From contig JBHJGN010000004.1 in NCBI GenBank assembly GCA_050331735.1, positions 64,001 to 128,000 of the forward strand: DNA of 64,000 nucleotides. The letters are read 5' to 3'. The translations under genes were made by a program, and so were the position numbers. The stretch comes from Cyanophyceae cyanobacterium (GTDB lineage: Bacteria; Cyanobacteriota; Cyanobacteriia; Cyanobacteriales; JBHJGN01). Below, piece by piece: positions 28,787-38,670 of the stretch. Under the pieces are notes generated by a model, which was not told the DNA's origin, did not search any database, and saw nothing but the letters and a program-made list of their open reading frames with translations. Each line of letters opens with the position of its first letter. The stretch's first letter is position 1.

Positions 28787-30586
28787 ATGGTTAAATTTTC
28801 AGTGACTAAGCGTGTGAGGAGCAAGGTGTTAAATCAGTATTCAACGATTGTCGAGCTGGTCCGCGATCGCGCGCGTTCTCAGCCAGGGCAAACAGTTTAC
28901 ACGTTTCTAGCAGACGGAGAAACGGAGTCCGGTACTCTTACCTATCAGGAGCTAGATCGCCAAGCCCAGGCGATCGCGGCTCGGCTTCAGACAGTGGTGC
29001 GTCCGGGCGATCGCGTTCTGGTGGTGTATCCCTACTCGGCGGGGTTAGAGTTTATCGCCGCCTTCTTTGGCTGTCTCTACGCGGGGGCGATCGCGGTGAC
29101 GAGTCATCCTCCCCGACACCAAAAAGCGGTGGCTGGACTACAGGAGCGGGCGATTTCTTCTGGAGCCGCTGCTGTCCTGACGACAACACCGCTCCTCAAC
29201 GGCATCCAAACGTCGCTAGCCTCAACCGCCTCCCCCTTAAGTCAATTGCCCTGGATTGCTACTGACGCGCCCAGTGCGAGCCCGGACTGGGTAGAACCAA
29301 CTCTAAGCAGCGATATCGCGTTCCTACAATACACTTCCGGCTCTACGGGAACGCCTAAAGGGGTAATGGTGACTCACAGCAACATTCTGCATAATTCGGC
29401 AGTGATCCAGCAGTGTTTTGAGCACACGCCGGAAAGCCACGTGTTAATGTGGCTGCCTCTGTTTCACGACATGGGGCTGATTGGCGGAGTGATCCAGCCT
29501 CTCTACGTCGGGTTCCCGATGGTGCTGATGTCTCCAATTGCTCTGACTCAAAAGCCCTGGCGCTGGGTGCAGGCCATTTCTCGCTACCGGATCACCACTA
29601 GCGGTGGACCGAATTTTGCCTACGATCTCTCCTGGCGCAGTTCAACTCCGGAACAGCGGGAGCAGCTTGACCTGAGCTGTTGGGAGCTGGCTTTTTCGGG
29701 AGCTGAGCCAGTCCGGGCTGAAACCTTGGAGCAGTTTGCCGCCACTTTTGCCCCCTGCGGCTTCCGCTCCCAAGCCCTGTATCCCTGTTACGGCATGGCT
29801 GAGTCTACCTTATTTATTACCGGAGGACGGAAACAAGCGGCTCCCGTGATTCGCCATCTAGACCGCAAAGCGTTAGAGCGCAATCAAATTATGATTGCCT
29901 CTCCTGGGCCTAAAGCGCGGGCAGTGGTAGGCTGCGGTCGAAGCTGGTTGGGGGATCGGGTTATCATCGTTGATCCCGACTCTGGCACTCGGTGCTCGTC
30001 CGATCGAGTTGGGGAAATCTGGGTATCCGGTCCTGGAGTCGGACAAGGGTACTGGAATCAGCCCCAGGAAACGGCCCACACTTTCTCTGCCTACACCGCT
30101 GATGGTGCTGGACCTTTCTTGCGGACAGGGGATCTCGGGTTTTTCGACGATGAAGAGCTATTTATCACCGGTCGGCTCAAAGAGGTGATGATCTTCTGGG
30201 GCAATATGCGGTATCCCCAGCATATTGAACTAACCGCGCAAGCATCTCATCCTGCTCTTCGTCCTAACCATGGGGCTGCTTTTTCGATCGAGGTAGCTGG
30301 AGAAGAGCGGTTAGTGATTGCTCAAGAAGTAGAGCGGACGTCGCTAAGGCAGCTCAACGTCGAGGAAGTTGTCGGCGCCATTCGTCAGGCCGTCGCCGAG
30401 GAACACACGGTTGATCCCTATGCCGTCCTGCTGCTCAAGCCAGGAAGCTTACCTAAAACCTCTAGTGGAAAAGTTCAGCGTCGAGCTTGTCGTGCCCAAT
30501 TTTTGGACGGAACTCTACCAGCCGTTGCTCACTGGCAGGAGCAGCAAGACCATTACGACAATATTTTAGAAATGTTCAGTCGCTAA
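28787..30586 (+). CDS. Fatty acyl-AMP ligase (FAAL 2)
   Basis: FLQYTSGSTGTPKG, WLPLFHDMGLIG, PCYGMAE, FLRTGDLG, KTSSGKVQR. Confidence 0.92.
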   Translation: MVKFSVTKRVRSKVLNQYSTIVELVRDRARSQPGQTVYTFLADGETESGTLTYQELDRQAQAIAARLQTVVRPGDRVLVVYPYSAGLEFIAAFFGCLYAGAIAVTSHPPRHQKAVAGLQERAISSGAAAVLTTTPLLNGIQTSLASTASPLSQLPWIATDAPSASPDWVEPTLSSDIAFLQYTSGSTGTPKGVMVTHSNILHNSAVIQQCFEHTPESHVLMWLPLFHDMGLIGGVIQPLYVGFPMVLMSPIALTQKPWRWVQAISRYRITTSGGPNFAYDLSWRSSTPEQREQLDLSCWELAFSGAEPVRAETLEQFAATFAPCGFRSQALYPCYGMAESTLFITGGRKQAAPVIRHLDRKALERNQIMIASPGPKARAVVGCGRSWLGDRVIIVDPDSGTRCSSDRVGEIWVSGPGVGQGYWNQPQETAHTFSAYTADGAGPFLRTGDLGFFDDEELFITGRLKEVMIFWGNMRYPQHIELTAQASHPALRPNHGAAFSIEVAGEERLVIAQEVERTSLRQLNVEEVVGAIRQAVAEEHTVDPYAVLLLKPGSLPKTSSGKVQRRACRAQFLDGTLPAVAHWQEQQDHYDNILEMFSR

Positions 30587-30657
30587 GGGCTTGACAATCG
30601 ATGAATGAGAGAGCAAAATCTTTCCCCTACGCCGCAGCGATAATTACTCGTCGAAAG

Positions 30658-30689
30658 AGCAACAGCAGTGCCTAAGCACTGCTGTTGCT
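30658..30689. terminator. Perfect 14-bp hairpin between FAAL 2 and FAAL 3
   Basis: AGCAACAGCAGTGC-CTAA-GCACTGCTGTTGCT. Confidence 0.55.
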
Positions 30690-30963
30690 AGGACATGGAG
30701 CGACGAGCGAGCAGGCAACACGAGGACTCCCTTCGTTAGCTAAATCAGCACGACCGGGTTCCCGCAAATTTTTTCAAGCAAACGCGGAACGGTTAGACCT
30801 AAAAATGACGTGCTATCAAAGCTGTTCAACCTGACTCATTTGGCAACCTACCAAGCACACGCTGAGTTTGGTGTGGCAGAGGTAGCGCGGGGAGATTATG
30901 ATTTACTCTGTCCCAAAAAATGGAAAATGATATAAATTTAATAAAAAATCACGCTATTAGTGA

Positions 30964-32745
30964 ATGATTGGTTTAAACACCTTTACAGCAACTACTTTAA
31001 TAGACCTGCTCCAGTTTAGAGCAGATTCTCAACCGGAGCAATCTGTCTATACTTTTCTAGTCGATGGAGAAACAGAAGCCGTCAGCCTTACTTATCGAGA
31101 ACTCGATCGTCAGGCCAAAAGAATCGCGGTTTATTTACGGTCTTACTGTCAGCCAGGAGAACGAGCGTTGTTGCTCTATCCGCCAGGATTAGAGTACATC
31201 GCTGCCTTTTATGGCTGTCTTTATGCTGGGATCGTGGCAGTTCCGGCCTACCCTCCGCGACCCAACCGTTCGCTGTTGCGCTTGCAGTCAATTATCAAAG
31301 ATGCTCAAGCGAAGGTGGCGCTGACGACAAGAGCTGAGTTTGACCGCTTAGAACGGCGTTTTGCCCAGGCTCCAGAACTGAGAAATTTGTACTGGCTGTC
31401 TACAGAGGTTGACTCCTGTTCAGCTAACCAGTGGCGCGCACCAGATATTGCTAGCGATACGCTCGCTTTTCTTCAATATACTTCTGGCTCAACGGCAGCT
31501 CCGAAAGGAGTCATGATTACTCACAGAAATCTGCTGCACAATTTAGAGGCCATTCGACAATATTTTGAATCGAGAACTAGCAGTAGAGGAGTCATTTGGC
31601 TGCCGCCCTATCACGATATGGGTCTTATTGGCGGAATTTTGCAGCCTTTATACAGTGGTAGTCCAGTGGTGCTGATGTCACCGCTGATGTTCCTGCAAAG
31701 TCCGATTCGCTGGCTCCAGGCCATCTCTCGCTACCGGGCATCAGTCAGTGGCGGTCCTAACTTTGCCTACGAACTGTGTATCCGGAAGGTAACTGACCAA
31801 CAGGTATTGACCCTTGACCTGAGCAGATGGGATGTTGCTTTTAATGGCGCAGAACCAATTAACTACAGCACCATAGAGCGCTTTGCCGAAAAATTTGCGC
31901 CCGGCGGCTTCCGACGAGAGGCATTCTATCCCTGCTACGGCATGGCTGAAGCCACTTTAATTGTTTCTGGCGGAACCAAAACAGCGCCCCCCGTTGCGCA
32001 GGTGGTGTGCAAAGAAGCCTTACAGATCAATCAGGTGGTTCCGGCGACCGTTAATCGCTTTGAGATAGACTCTTCTCGCGATCTGCACGTTCTAGTTGGC
32101 TGCGGTCGAAGCATTCCCGAACAGAAGATTGTCATTGCCCATCCGGAGAAGCTGATGCAGTGTGCTGAAGACCAAATTGGAGAAATCTGGATTTCTGGTC
32201 CTAGCATTGCTAGAGGGTACTGGAATCAACCAGAAACGACAGATCGAGCATTTAGTGCGTATCTAGTTGATACTGAAGAAGGTCCATTTTTACGTACCGG
32301 CGACCTCGGCTTTATCAGAAACGGAGAGCTGTTTGTTACTGGTCGCCTGAAGGATATGATTATCATCAACGGTCGGAATTACTATCCTCAAGATATTGAG
32401 CAAACGGTAGAACAAAACCATCCCCAACTACGCGCGAACTGTTGTGCTAGCTTTTCTGTCAGCGTTAGCGGAGAGGAAAAGCTGGCTATTGTCGCCGAGG
32501 TAGAGCGGACTTATCAGAGTCGTCGTCCAGACGACCGGGGCGCTAGCGAGTCATCAGTGCATCCCTATCTTCTCGTGGAGTCTATTGGCCGAGCTGTGGT
32601 TCAGGAGCACGATTTGCAAGTCCACAAAGTTCTATTACTTAAGCCAGGCAGCATCCCAAAAACTTCCAGTGGCAAAATTCAGCGCCATGAATGTCGGCTA
32701 GGCTTTCTTAACGGGACGTTAGAGGCGATCAATGGAACGAGATGA
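30964..32745 (+). CDS. Fatty acyl-AMP ligase (FAAL 3)
   Basis: VPAYPP, FLQYTSGSTAAPKG, WLPPYHDMGLIG, PCYGMAE, GRNYYPQDIE, KTSSGKIQR. Confidence 0.93.
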   Translation: MIGLNTFTATTLIDLLQFRADSQPEQSVYTFLVDGETEAVSLTYRELDRQAKRIAVYLRSYCQPGERALLLYPPGLEYIAAFYGCLYAGIVAVPAYPPRPNRSLLRLQSIIKDAQAKVALTTRAEFDRLERRFAQAPELRNLYWLSTEVDSCSANQWRAPDIASDTLAFLQYTSGSTAAPKGVMITHRNLLHNLEAIRQYFESRTSSRGVIWLPPYHDMGLIGGILQPLYSGSPVVLMSPLMFLQSPIRWLQAISRYRASVSGGPNFAYELCIRKVTDQQVLTLDLSRWDVAFNGAEPINYSTIERFAEKFAPGGFRREAFYPCYGMAEATLIVSGGTKTAPPVAQVVCKEALQINQVVPATVNRFEIDSSRDLHVLVGCGRSIPEQKIVIAHPEKLMQCAEDQIGEIWISGPSIARGYWNQPETTDRAFSAYLVDTEEGPFLRTGDLGFIRNGELFVTGRLKDMIIINGRNYYPQDIEQTVEQNHPQLRANCCASFSVSVSGEEKLAIVAEVERTYQSRRPDDRGASESSVHPYLLVESIGRAVVQEHDLQVHKVLLLKPGSIPKTSSGKIQRHECRLGFLNGTLEAINGTR

Positions 32746-33217
32746 GGATGGCTGTTATTCTCTAGCTCATGATTTGCCAAGCTACAGTCGAGGACGAGTC
32801 TGTGTGCTGCAAACAGCACAATACCACGCCACAGTTGGCAAAAAGTTTGTCAATCCTCCAAACTATGGTTCACTTAAACAAGTGTCTAATTCTAGACTGA
32901 TGGCGAGCGACATTTATATAGTATGAATAAACTGAAACAAACACCCCTAGAGAAAAACTTACCAATAATTGTGACCGCCAAAGCATTCTCTAGGTAGTTA
33001 ATAGGAGTATCTGAGCGATGTAAATGGTCTAAACAGATTGGTTAATTGGCAAGCGGGTGTTTTAAAATCAGGATTGCTAAAGCAGTGAGGGTGATTCATC
33101 CCAAAACTGATTCTTGCTTTTGCTGGTAAAACTGCTCAGCCAGCGTCTCAAGATTTTAGCGGTGACTAAAACTTGAGATTTTCAAGAGCGCTAATTAATG
33201 TGGTGGAGGAGTAAATA

Positions 33218-34867
33218 ATGGCACTGTTGAACTCATCCTGGAACGGAAAAGAGAACCAACAGCTTTATGCAGTTAAAAGAAACGCGCCTTATTCTTATCG
33301 GTCATCAGATTCGCTGACGGCAGAGGCGATTACTGTCTGGTTAATTTCTAGGTTAGCAGAAAGGCTAGAGCTTCAGCCGGATGAAATTGATATTCACAAA
33401 GATCTGACCGAGTATGGACTAGATTCTATTGAAGCCGTTAATCTTTCTGGAGAGCTTGAAAATTTCTTGGGCTACCGACTTTCTCCGACTTTACTGTGGG
33501 ATTATCCAACGGTAGCCACTCTCGCTCAGTATTTGGCCGAGAACCCTCAGAGATACCAAGTGTCGCCAGAAAGCGTTGATGAGTTACCGCTTACTCAAGG
33601 GGAACCCCAGCCTTTATCATCTCCGGAACAGGAATTGGATGAGGAAATTCCCCTAGAATACTACCGTTTTGAGCGATCGCCAGAATATCAGCAACTTCAG
33701 CGCCAAAAGCAAGACATTGATGCTCTCGGGATTGGTAATCCTCTGTTCACTCCTCAAGAACGGGTTGTTAACAATACGACGTTTATCGACGGACGAGAGT
33801 TAATTAACTACGCAACCTACAATTATTTGGGGCTGTCTGGCGATCCGACGGTCACCCAAGCGGCGATCGCCGCCATTAAGCAGTACGGAACATCTGTGTC
33901 AGCCAGCCGCCTTCATTCCGGCGAGAAGCCCCTGCACCGAGAATTAGAACGGGAAATTGCTGATTTTATTGGCACTGAAGACAGCATTGTTTACGTCGGT
34001 GGTCACGCCACTAACGTCACCACCATCAGCCACCTGTTTGGAAAACACGATCTGATTCTGTACGATTCCCTCAGCCACAACAGCATTCTGCGGGGCTGTC
34101 ATCTGTCGGGAGCCACGCTGCTGTCCTTTCCTCACAACGACTGGCAAACCCTTGAAGCGGTCCTCCGTGATCGCCGCCATCGCTATCGAAAGGTGCTAGT
34201 GGTGATCGAAGGCGTCTACAGCACCGACGGCGATATTGCGAAGCTGCCCGAGTTTATTGTCCTCAAAAAGCGCTACCGGACCTATTTAATGGTCGATGAA
34301 GCCCACTCGATGGGGGTACTGGGCGATCACGGTCGCGGAATTGGCGAATTATTCCAGGTTGACCCGGCAGATGTCGATCTGTGGATGGGAACCCTGAGCA
34401 AGTCCTTTGCGAGCTGTGGAGGCTATATCGCTGGTAGTAGCGCCCTCGTCGAGTACTTAAAGTATACGGCTCCGGGCTTTGTTTATAGCGTGGGCATCTC
34501 TCCCCCAGATGCCGCAGCGACGTTAGCAGCCATTCGTGTGCTGAGGGCTGAACCAGAGCGAGTTACGCGCCTACAGCAGCGCTCTCAATTATTTTTGGAG
34601 TTAGCGACTCAGCAGGGACTTGATACCGGGTTGAGCCATGGTTCTCCAGTGATTCCCATTATTGTTGGTGATGCTTTAAAATCAATTCAGCTTTCTCGCT
34701 GTCTGTTCGAGCGGGGCATCAACGTGCCGTTTATGTGCTATCCGATTGTGTCAAAAAATACGGCTCGCCTGCGCTTTTTTATTACCTGCGAACATACCGA
34801 AGAGCAAATTCACTATACGGTTAATACTCTAGCAGCCGCAGTCGCTCGGTTGAACGTTAAAGACTAG
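33218..34867 (+). CDS. ACP fused to a PLP-dependent alpha-oxoamine synthase (BioF/SPT/RkpG-WcbT-like)
   Basis: ACP YGLDSIEAV; AOS motifs YNYLGL, GGHATN, HNSI, EGVYSTDGD, DEAHS, GTLSKS (PLP Lys), ARLRFF; GGAG-type RBS upstream. Confidence 0.9.
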   Translation: MALLNSSWNGKENQQLYAVKRNAPYSYRSSDSLTAEAITVWLISRLAERLELQPDEIDIHKDLTEYGLDSIEAVNLSGELENFLGYRLSPTLLWDYPTVATLAQYLAENPQRYQVSPESVDELPLTQGEPQPLSSPEQELDEEIPLEYYRFERSPEYQQLQRQKQDIDALGIGNPLFTPQERVVNNTTFIDGRELINYATYNYLGLSGDPTVTQAAIAAIKQYGTSVSASRLHSGEKPLHRELEREIADFIGTEDSIVYVGGHATNVTTISHLFGKHDLILYDSLSHNSILRGCHLSGATLLSFPHNDWQTLEAVLRDRRHRYRKVLVVIEGVYSTDGDIAKLPEFIVLKKRYRTYLMVDEAHSMGVLGDHGRGIGELFQVDPADVDLWMGTLSKSFASCGGYIAGSSALVEYLKYTAPGFVYSVGISPPDAAATLAAIRVLRAEPERVTRLQQRSQLFLELATQQGLDTGLSHGSPVIPIIVGDALKSIQLSRCLFERGINVPFMCYPIVSKNTARLRFFITCEHTEEQIHYTVNTLAAAVARLNVKD

Positions 34868-34929
34868 AGGGAAATACAGGCCCATAGTCTGTTGTCTCGT
34901 GATTGCCTCGAGTAGGCACTAGGCACTCC

Positions 34930-34956
34930 AGCAGCCATGCCGAAGTCATGGCTGCT
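34930..34956. terminator. 10-bp hairpin downstream of the ACP-AOS gene
   Basis: AGCAGCCATG-N7-CATGGCTGCT. Confidence 0.5.
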
Positions 34957-34970
34957 ACTCAAGCAAAATC

Positions 34971-35087
34971 TCAAAGCGCGGACAACATATTTAAACTAGC
35001 CGTCGCAAAAGAAGCTGCCAGGGCAATGAATGCGGAACACACTAATATGACTGCCGAAAGCAGAATATATTCTTGAACGTTGCCCAT
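34971..35087 (-). CDS. Candidate 38-aa hydrophobic small protein
   Basis: MGNVQEYILLSAVILVCSAFIALAASFATASLNMLSAL*; single-TM-like, followed by a hairpin. Confidence 0.35.
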   Translation of the reverse strand: MGNVQEYILLSAVILVCSAFIALAASFATASLNMLSAL

Positions 35088-35412
35088 CTTGCTAGGTTTA
35101 TTTAATAGAACAACTCTCAAATTAATGTCCCCCAGCTTTTGAGGAGTTGGGGGTAGACTTGATGATTGGCCAGCCGTTTATCAGTGTCGGCCTTACTATT
35201 GGCTGGCCGTTGCCTATAACTGAGACCAGCAGCATTAATTGCTTACTATTGTAAACTTATATATCGAATTATTGCAAGAACCGGAAAAAATAATTAAACG
35301 CTTGCTGCCGATATCAGCCATGAGCCTCGACTCGTCTTGTTGCTCTGTTGCTGCCAGAGTAGAGGAAAATAGAAGACGAGTATCGCAGTCTAAATCGGAG
35401 GCAATTTAGCCA

Positions 35413-35994
35413 ATGGCCCTCACTCCTTCCACCATGTTGCCTTTAGCAACAAAAGCACCTCGCTTCGAGCTACCAGATGTCGTCTCGAACCAAACCGTTT
35501 CTTTAAAAGATTTTGCCGACCAGCAGGGCTTGCTAGTGATGTTTATTTGCCAGCACTGTCCCTTCGTCAAGCATATTAAGCCCGAACTGGCTCAACTCGG
35601 TCGAGACTACGCTGATTCGGGTTTGGGAATTGTCGCTATCAGTGCTAATAATGTAGACACCCATCCTGATGATTCTCCTGAAAAGTTAAGAGCAATGGCC
35701 CAGGAGCTCGATTTTCAGTTTCCAATGTGCTACGACGAAACTCAAGAAACAGCAAAAGCGTATACGGCTGCCTGTACGCCAGACTTTTTTCTCTTTGATG
35801 GGGAGCAAAAGCTGGTGTATCGAGGTCAGCTAGACGATAGCCGTCCGAGTAACAATCAACCCGTCACGGGAAAAGATTTACGAGCTGCCATTGATGCCGT
35901 GCTGGCAGGCCAAGCAGTTGACCCCGACCAAAAGCCGAGCGTTGGCTGCAACATTAAGTGGAAGCCGGGGAATGAACCAGATTACTTTGGTTAG
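35413..35994 (+). CDS. Thioredoxin-fold (AhpC/TSA-like) protein
   Basis: MFICQHCPFVKH, AYTAACTPDFFLFD, YRGQLDDSRP, PSVGCNIKW. Confidence 0.9.
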   Translation: MALTPSTMLPLATKAPRFELPDVVSNQTVSLKDFADQQGLLVMFICQHCPFVKHIKPELAQLGRDYADSGLGIVAISANNVDTHPDDSPEKLRAMAQELDFQFPMCYDETQETAKAYTAACTPDFFLFDGEQKLVYRGQLDDSRPSNNQPVTGKDLRAAIDAVLAGQAVDPDQKPSVGCNIKWKPGNEPDYFG

Positions 35995-36016
35995 GTTCTA
36001 AGATACAGCATGAAGC

Positions 36017-36040
36017 AGGGAGAATGGGGTCATTCTCCCT
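36017..36040. terminator. Hairpin between convergent genes
   Basis: AGGGAGAATG-GGGT-CATTCTCCCT. Confidence 0.6.
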
Positions 36041-36082
36041 AACGCTAACTGGCCAGCCAACCGCCAACCGCTGCTTGTTCAG

Positions 36083-36940
36083 TTAAGCTTCTTGCCACAT
36101 CGTGCGAATTTCATCGGGAAGGAACTCGGCAATTTCTGCGATCCGTTCTTGGGACAACTCATCTTTAGTTGCCGAAAAAACGCCCGTGACTGCTTGTTTA
36201 GGATCGGTATCCTTCTGTAGCCCCCCTTCTTGGCGGATCCGGAAGAGGAAAGTTTCTGAATCAAATTTGAGAGGCGGGCGAATCCGGCTGAGAAAATTAA
36301 CGATAGGATTCGTATCCTGCCACAGGTCAGAAATTTCGTCCCGCAGCGCCTTGTTGTCGGTGGGTTCGGCTAATTGGTGCAGTTCTCCCGCCACTCGCTC
36401 AGAGGCTTCTGTTGTCATGAGATCGCGCATGGTCCGAAAAACGACTTCAGCCACATCTCTGGCATCAAAAATATCTTCTAAGTTACTTTTGAGCATCACC
36501 TTTTCCAAGAAAGGCGTATTTTCTGTGGCAATGGGATTAGTTGGCCCTTCGCCAAGAATTTTATCTTTATTTTCCTCCATCTTCGAGAGCATTTGCTCTC
36601 CTTTTTCGGTGAGTCCTGCCCCTTCAAAATCAATCAGGTGTGGCAACGGACCGTCTTCGGCACCAAAGGTATTTGCCACTCGCAGATCTACTTCTTTGGC
36701 GTTAACCGCATCCGGGACATCTTCCTGGTTAGCATAGGCGTTACCGCTAAAATCAGCCTCGATAAACTGCTTTTGATTAAGGTAGTCTAAGTGACCCATT
36801 AAGTCGGCTTTAGAAATGGGAATGCCCGTAAAATCAGTATTTGAAAACGATACCTGATGTTTTCCTGCCTCGCCGCGATCGCTATCCTTAATTTTTTTGA
36901 GAACGATGTACATAATATCTTCTCTTAAACCAATTGGCAT
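36083..36940 (-). CDS. DUF2267-domain protein with an N-terminal extension
   Basis: FLEKVM...DARDVAEVVFRTMRDLM...VFSATKDELS..RIAEIAEFLPDEIR.MW. Confidence 0.75.
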   Translation of the reverse strand: MPIGLREDIMYIVLKKIKDSDRGEAGKHQVSFSNTDFTGIPISKADLMGHLDYLNQKQFIEADFSGNAYANQEDVPDAVNAKEVDLRVANTFGAEDGPLPHLIDFEGAGLTEKGEQMLSKMEENKDKILGEGPTNPIATENTPFLEKVMLKSNLEDIFDARDVAEVVFRTMRDLMTTEASERVAGELHQLAEPTDNKALRDEISDLWQDTNPIVNFLSRIRPPLKFDSETFLFRIRQEGGLQKDTDPKQAVTGVFSATKDELSQERIAEIAEFLPDEIRTMWQEA

Positions 36941-37245
36941 GACTCCTAGCCTCCTATCTTTTCCGGTTTTAGGATAAATTTATAAATGCTGGCGCAAAGC
37001 GTGACCGCGGCTTCTCAAGGCTAAATCGTGCTGCTACTGACATGGTGTTGAGCGGGGAAAATGTTCAAACCAGAGGCAGATAGTAGCAGAACGTCACTCC
37101 CTGCGTCAGCTTCATCTTTATCAGATTAGAATGAACCGATCGGCAAAGCATCTGTCACGGGAAACATTTCCCTATCTGGGTAGAGGTTAAGTTTTATAAA
37201 TTACTCCTACGACCAGCATGAGAGCAAGTGCTCTTGCGGTGATGC

Positions 37246-38670
37246 TCACGATTTTCTTCTCGCCTCGGCTCGAACGCCTGGACCGGAGTTGACAACCGGC
37301 AGGGTGACGGTAAACGTTGTTCCCTGCTGAAGGACGCTAGAGACCGTAATGTGTCCGCCATGATTTTCGACAATTGCCCGAGCGATCGCCAGCCCTAATC
37401 CCGATCCGGTTGAAATAGACTCCTGGGAGTGGCTGCGAGAAGGGTCGCCTCGGTAGAAACGATCGAAAATGGAGGGCAACTCCGCTTCAGGAATGCCCGT
37501 TCCCGTGTCGCGGACCGTCACCTGTAGCTGCCGAGAGCGATCGCGCTTAGCCCATTGGAGCTCAACTTCGACAAGAGCTTTTTGGTGCTCGGATAACAGC
37601 GACGGCATTTCTCCCTCGCTGGTCTCTGGCTGAACAGCCGTGTGTTCTAACGCATTACCGATCAAATTAGTAAACAGTCGGGCGAGCTGATCCCAATCTC
37701 CAGTTAGGGTAAACAACTCCTCTTCTGGGGGCGCCTCTGCCCTAGCCTCTGCTGAATCTGGCTCGAGGATTCGCAAGCACAGAAATATTCCTCTCTGTTC
37801 AGCCACAGTTCGCTGTTCTTCAATGACTTCTATCAGGAGCGCATCTAAAGGCACTTCCTGTTGATTCGTTTGAAGCATCCCGCTGTCTGAACGAGTTAAA
37901 AACAACAAATCGTTGACCAAGTGACCCAGGCGCTTTGTCAGCCGTTCTACGACCCGTAGCTGTCGTTGCTGATGCTGAGGTTCAGCATCCGGGTAGGCCA
38001 AAGCCATCTGAACATTTGTTTGAATAGTGGCAATCGGATTTCTCAGCTCATGGGAGGCATCGGCGGTAAACTGCTTGAGGCTTTGGTAGGAATCGCGGAC
38101 TGGCTTGATGGCAATTCCAGAAAGCAGCCAGCCAATCGCCGCTACGCCTAGCACCATCAGGCTTGTCCCCAGAGTCAAATCCAACACCAGTTGTCGAATC
38201 GGCTTGGTGACTTCAAACCAGGGATGGCTAGCCCGGAGATAACCAAGCACGTACCGCCCCATCTCTATCCTCTCCGTCACCTGTCGCAGTAGATGCTCTG
38301 GAGACTGAGAAACGGTTTCCCCGCTGCGGTTTGGATGCAGCGGAATGTTAGGGGGGTCAGAAAAGGTAGACCACAGTAGCTCTCCGGTTGGACTGAACCA
38401 CTCCAAATCAATATGGTCGTCTTCCACCGCCACAACCCGATTGCGAAAGCTCGCTTCTACATCCACGCGGTATCTTCCCTCAGTCGGTGGCATGGACTGA
38501 ATCACTAGAGAGCGGTCGACAACTTCGAGGACGTGCTTAAGGGTGTCGTCGATGCGCTCAATGAGCGTACTGCGGACGTACAAATACATTCCTGTCGCAA
38601 ATACCAGCAACAGAACAGCAGTGACGGCAGTATACCAGAGAGCCAGACGGCGGCGAGTCGCTTGAAACAT
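37246..38670 (-). CDS. Sensor histidine kinase, probably Mn-sensing ManS/Hik27-like
   Basis: Two TM segments; FTADASHELRNP H-box, NLIGNA, DTGTGI, FDRFYR, GSGLGL; N-terminus MFQATRRRLALWY recalled as ManS-like. Confidence 0.8.
   Translation of the reverse strand: MFQATRRRLALWYTAVTAVLLLVFATGMYLYVRSTLIERIDDTLKHVLEVVDRSLVIQSMPPTEGRYRVDVEASFRNRVVAVEDDHIDLEWFSPTGELLWSTFSDPPNIPLHPNRSGETVSQSPEHLLRQVTERIEMGRYVLGYLRASHPWFEVTKPIRQLVLDLTLGTSLMVLGVAAIGWLLSGIAIKPVRDSYQSLKQFTADASHELRNPIATIQTNVQMALAYPDAEPQHQQRQLRVVERLTKRLGHLVNDLLFLTRSDSGMLQTNQQEVPLDALLIEVIEEQRTVAEQRGIFLCLRILEPDSAEARAEAPPEEELFTLTGDWDQLARLFTNLIGNALEHTAVQPETSEGEMPSLLSEHQKALVEVELQWAKRDRSRQLQVTVRDTGTGIPEAELPSIFDRFYRGDPSRSHSQESISTGSGLGLAIARAIVENHGGHITVSSVLQQGTTFTVTLPVVNSGPGVRAEARRKS

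Noticed and set aside
30964..32745. No HIP1 seen in FAAL 3 (or in 18803-20494), considered as a sign of recent transfer
   Set aside because: At roughly one site per kb, a 1.7-1.8 kb gap is not significant without a statistical test
32732..32926. 64-aa ORF overlapping the FAAL 3 stop
   Set aside because: No ACP motif or other recognisable feature; cannot be supported
9077..34867. PKS/NRPS biosynthetic cluster
   Set aside because: No ketosynthase, acyltransferase, condensation or thioesterase domains seen; only FAAL, ACP, dehydrogenase and AOS
36102..36737. 211-aa plus-strand ORF
   Set aside because: Antisense shadow of the DUF2267 gene; Ser/Arg-rich with no recognisable motif
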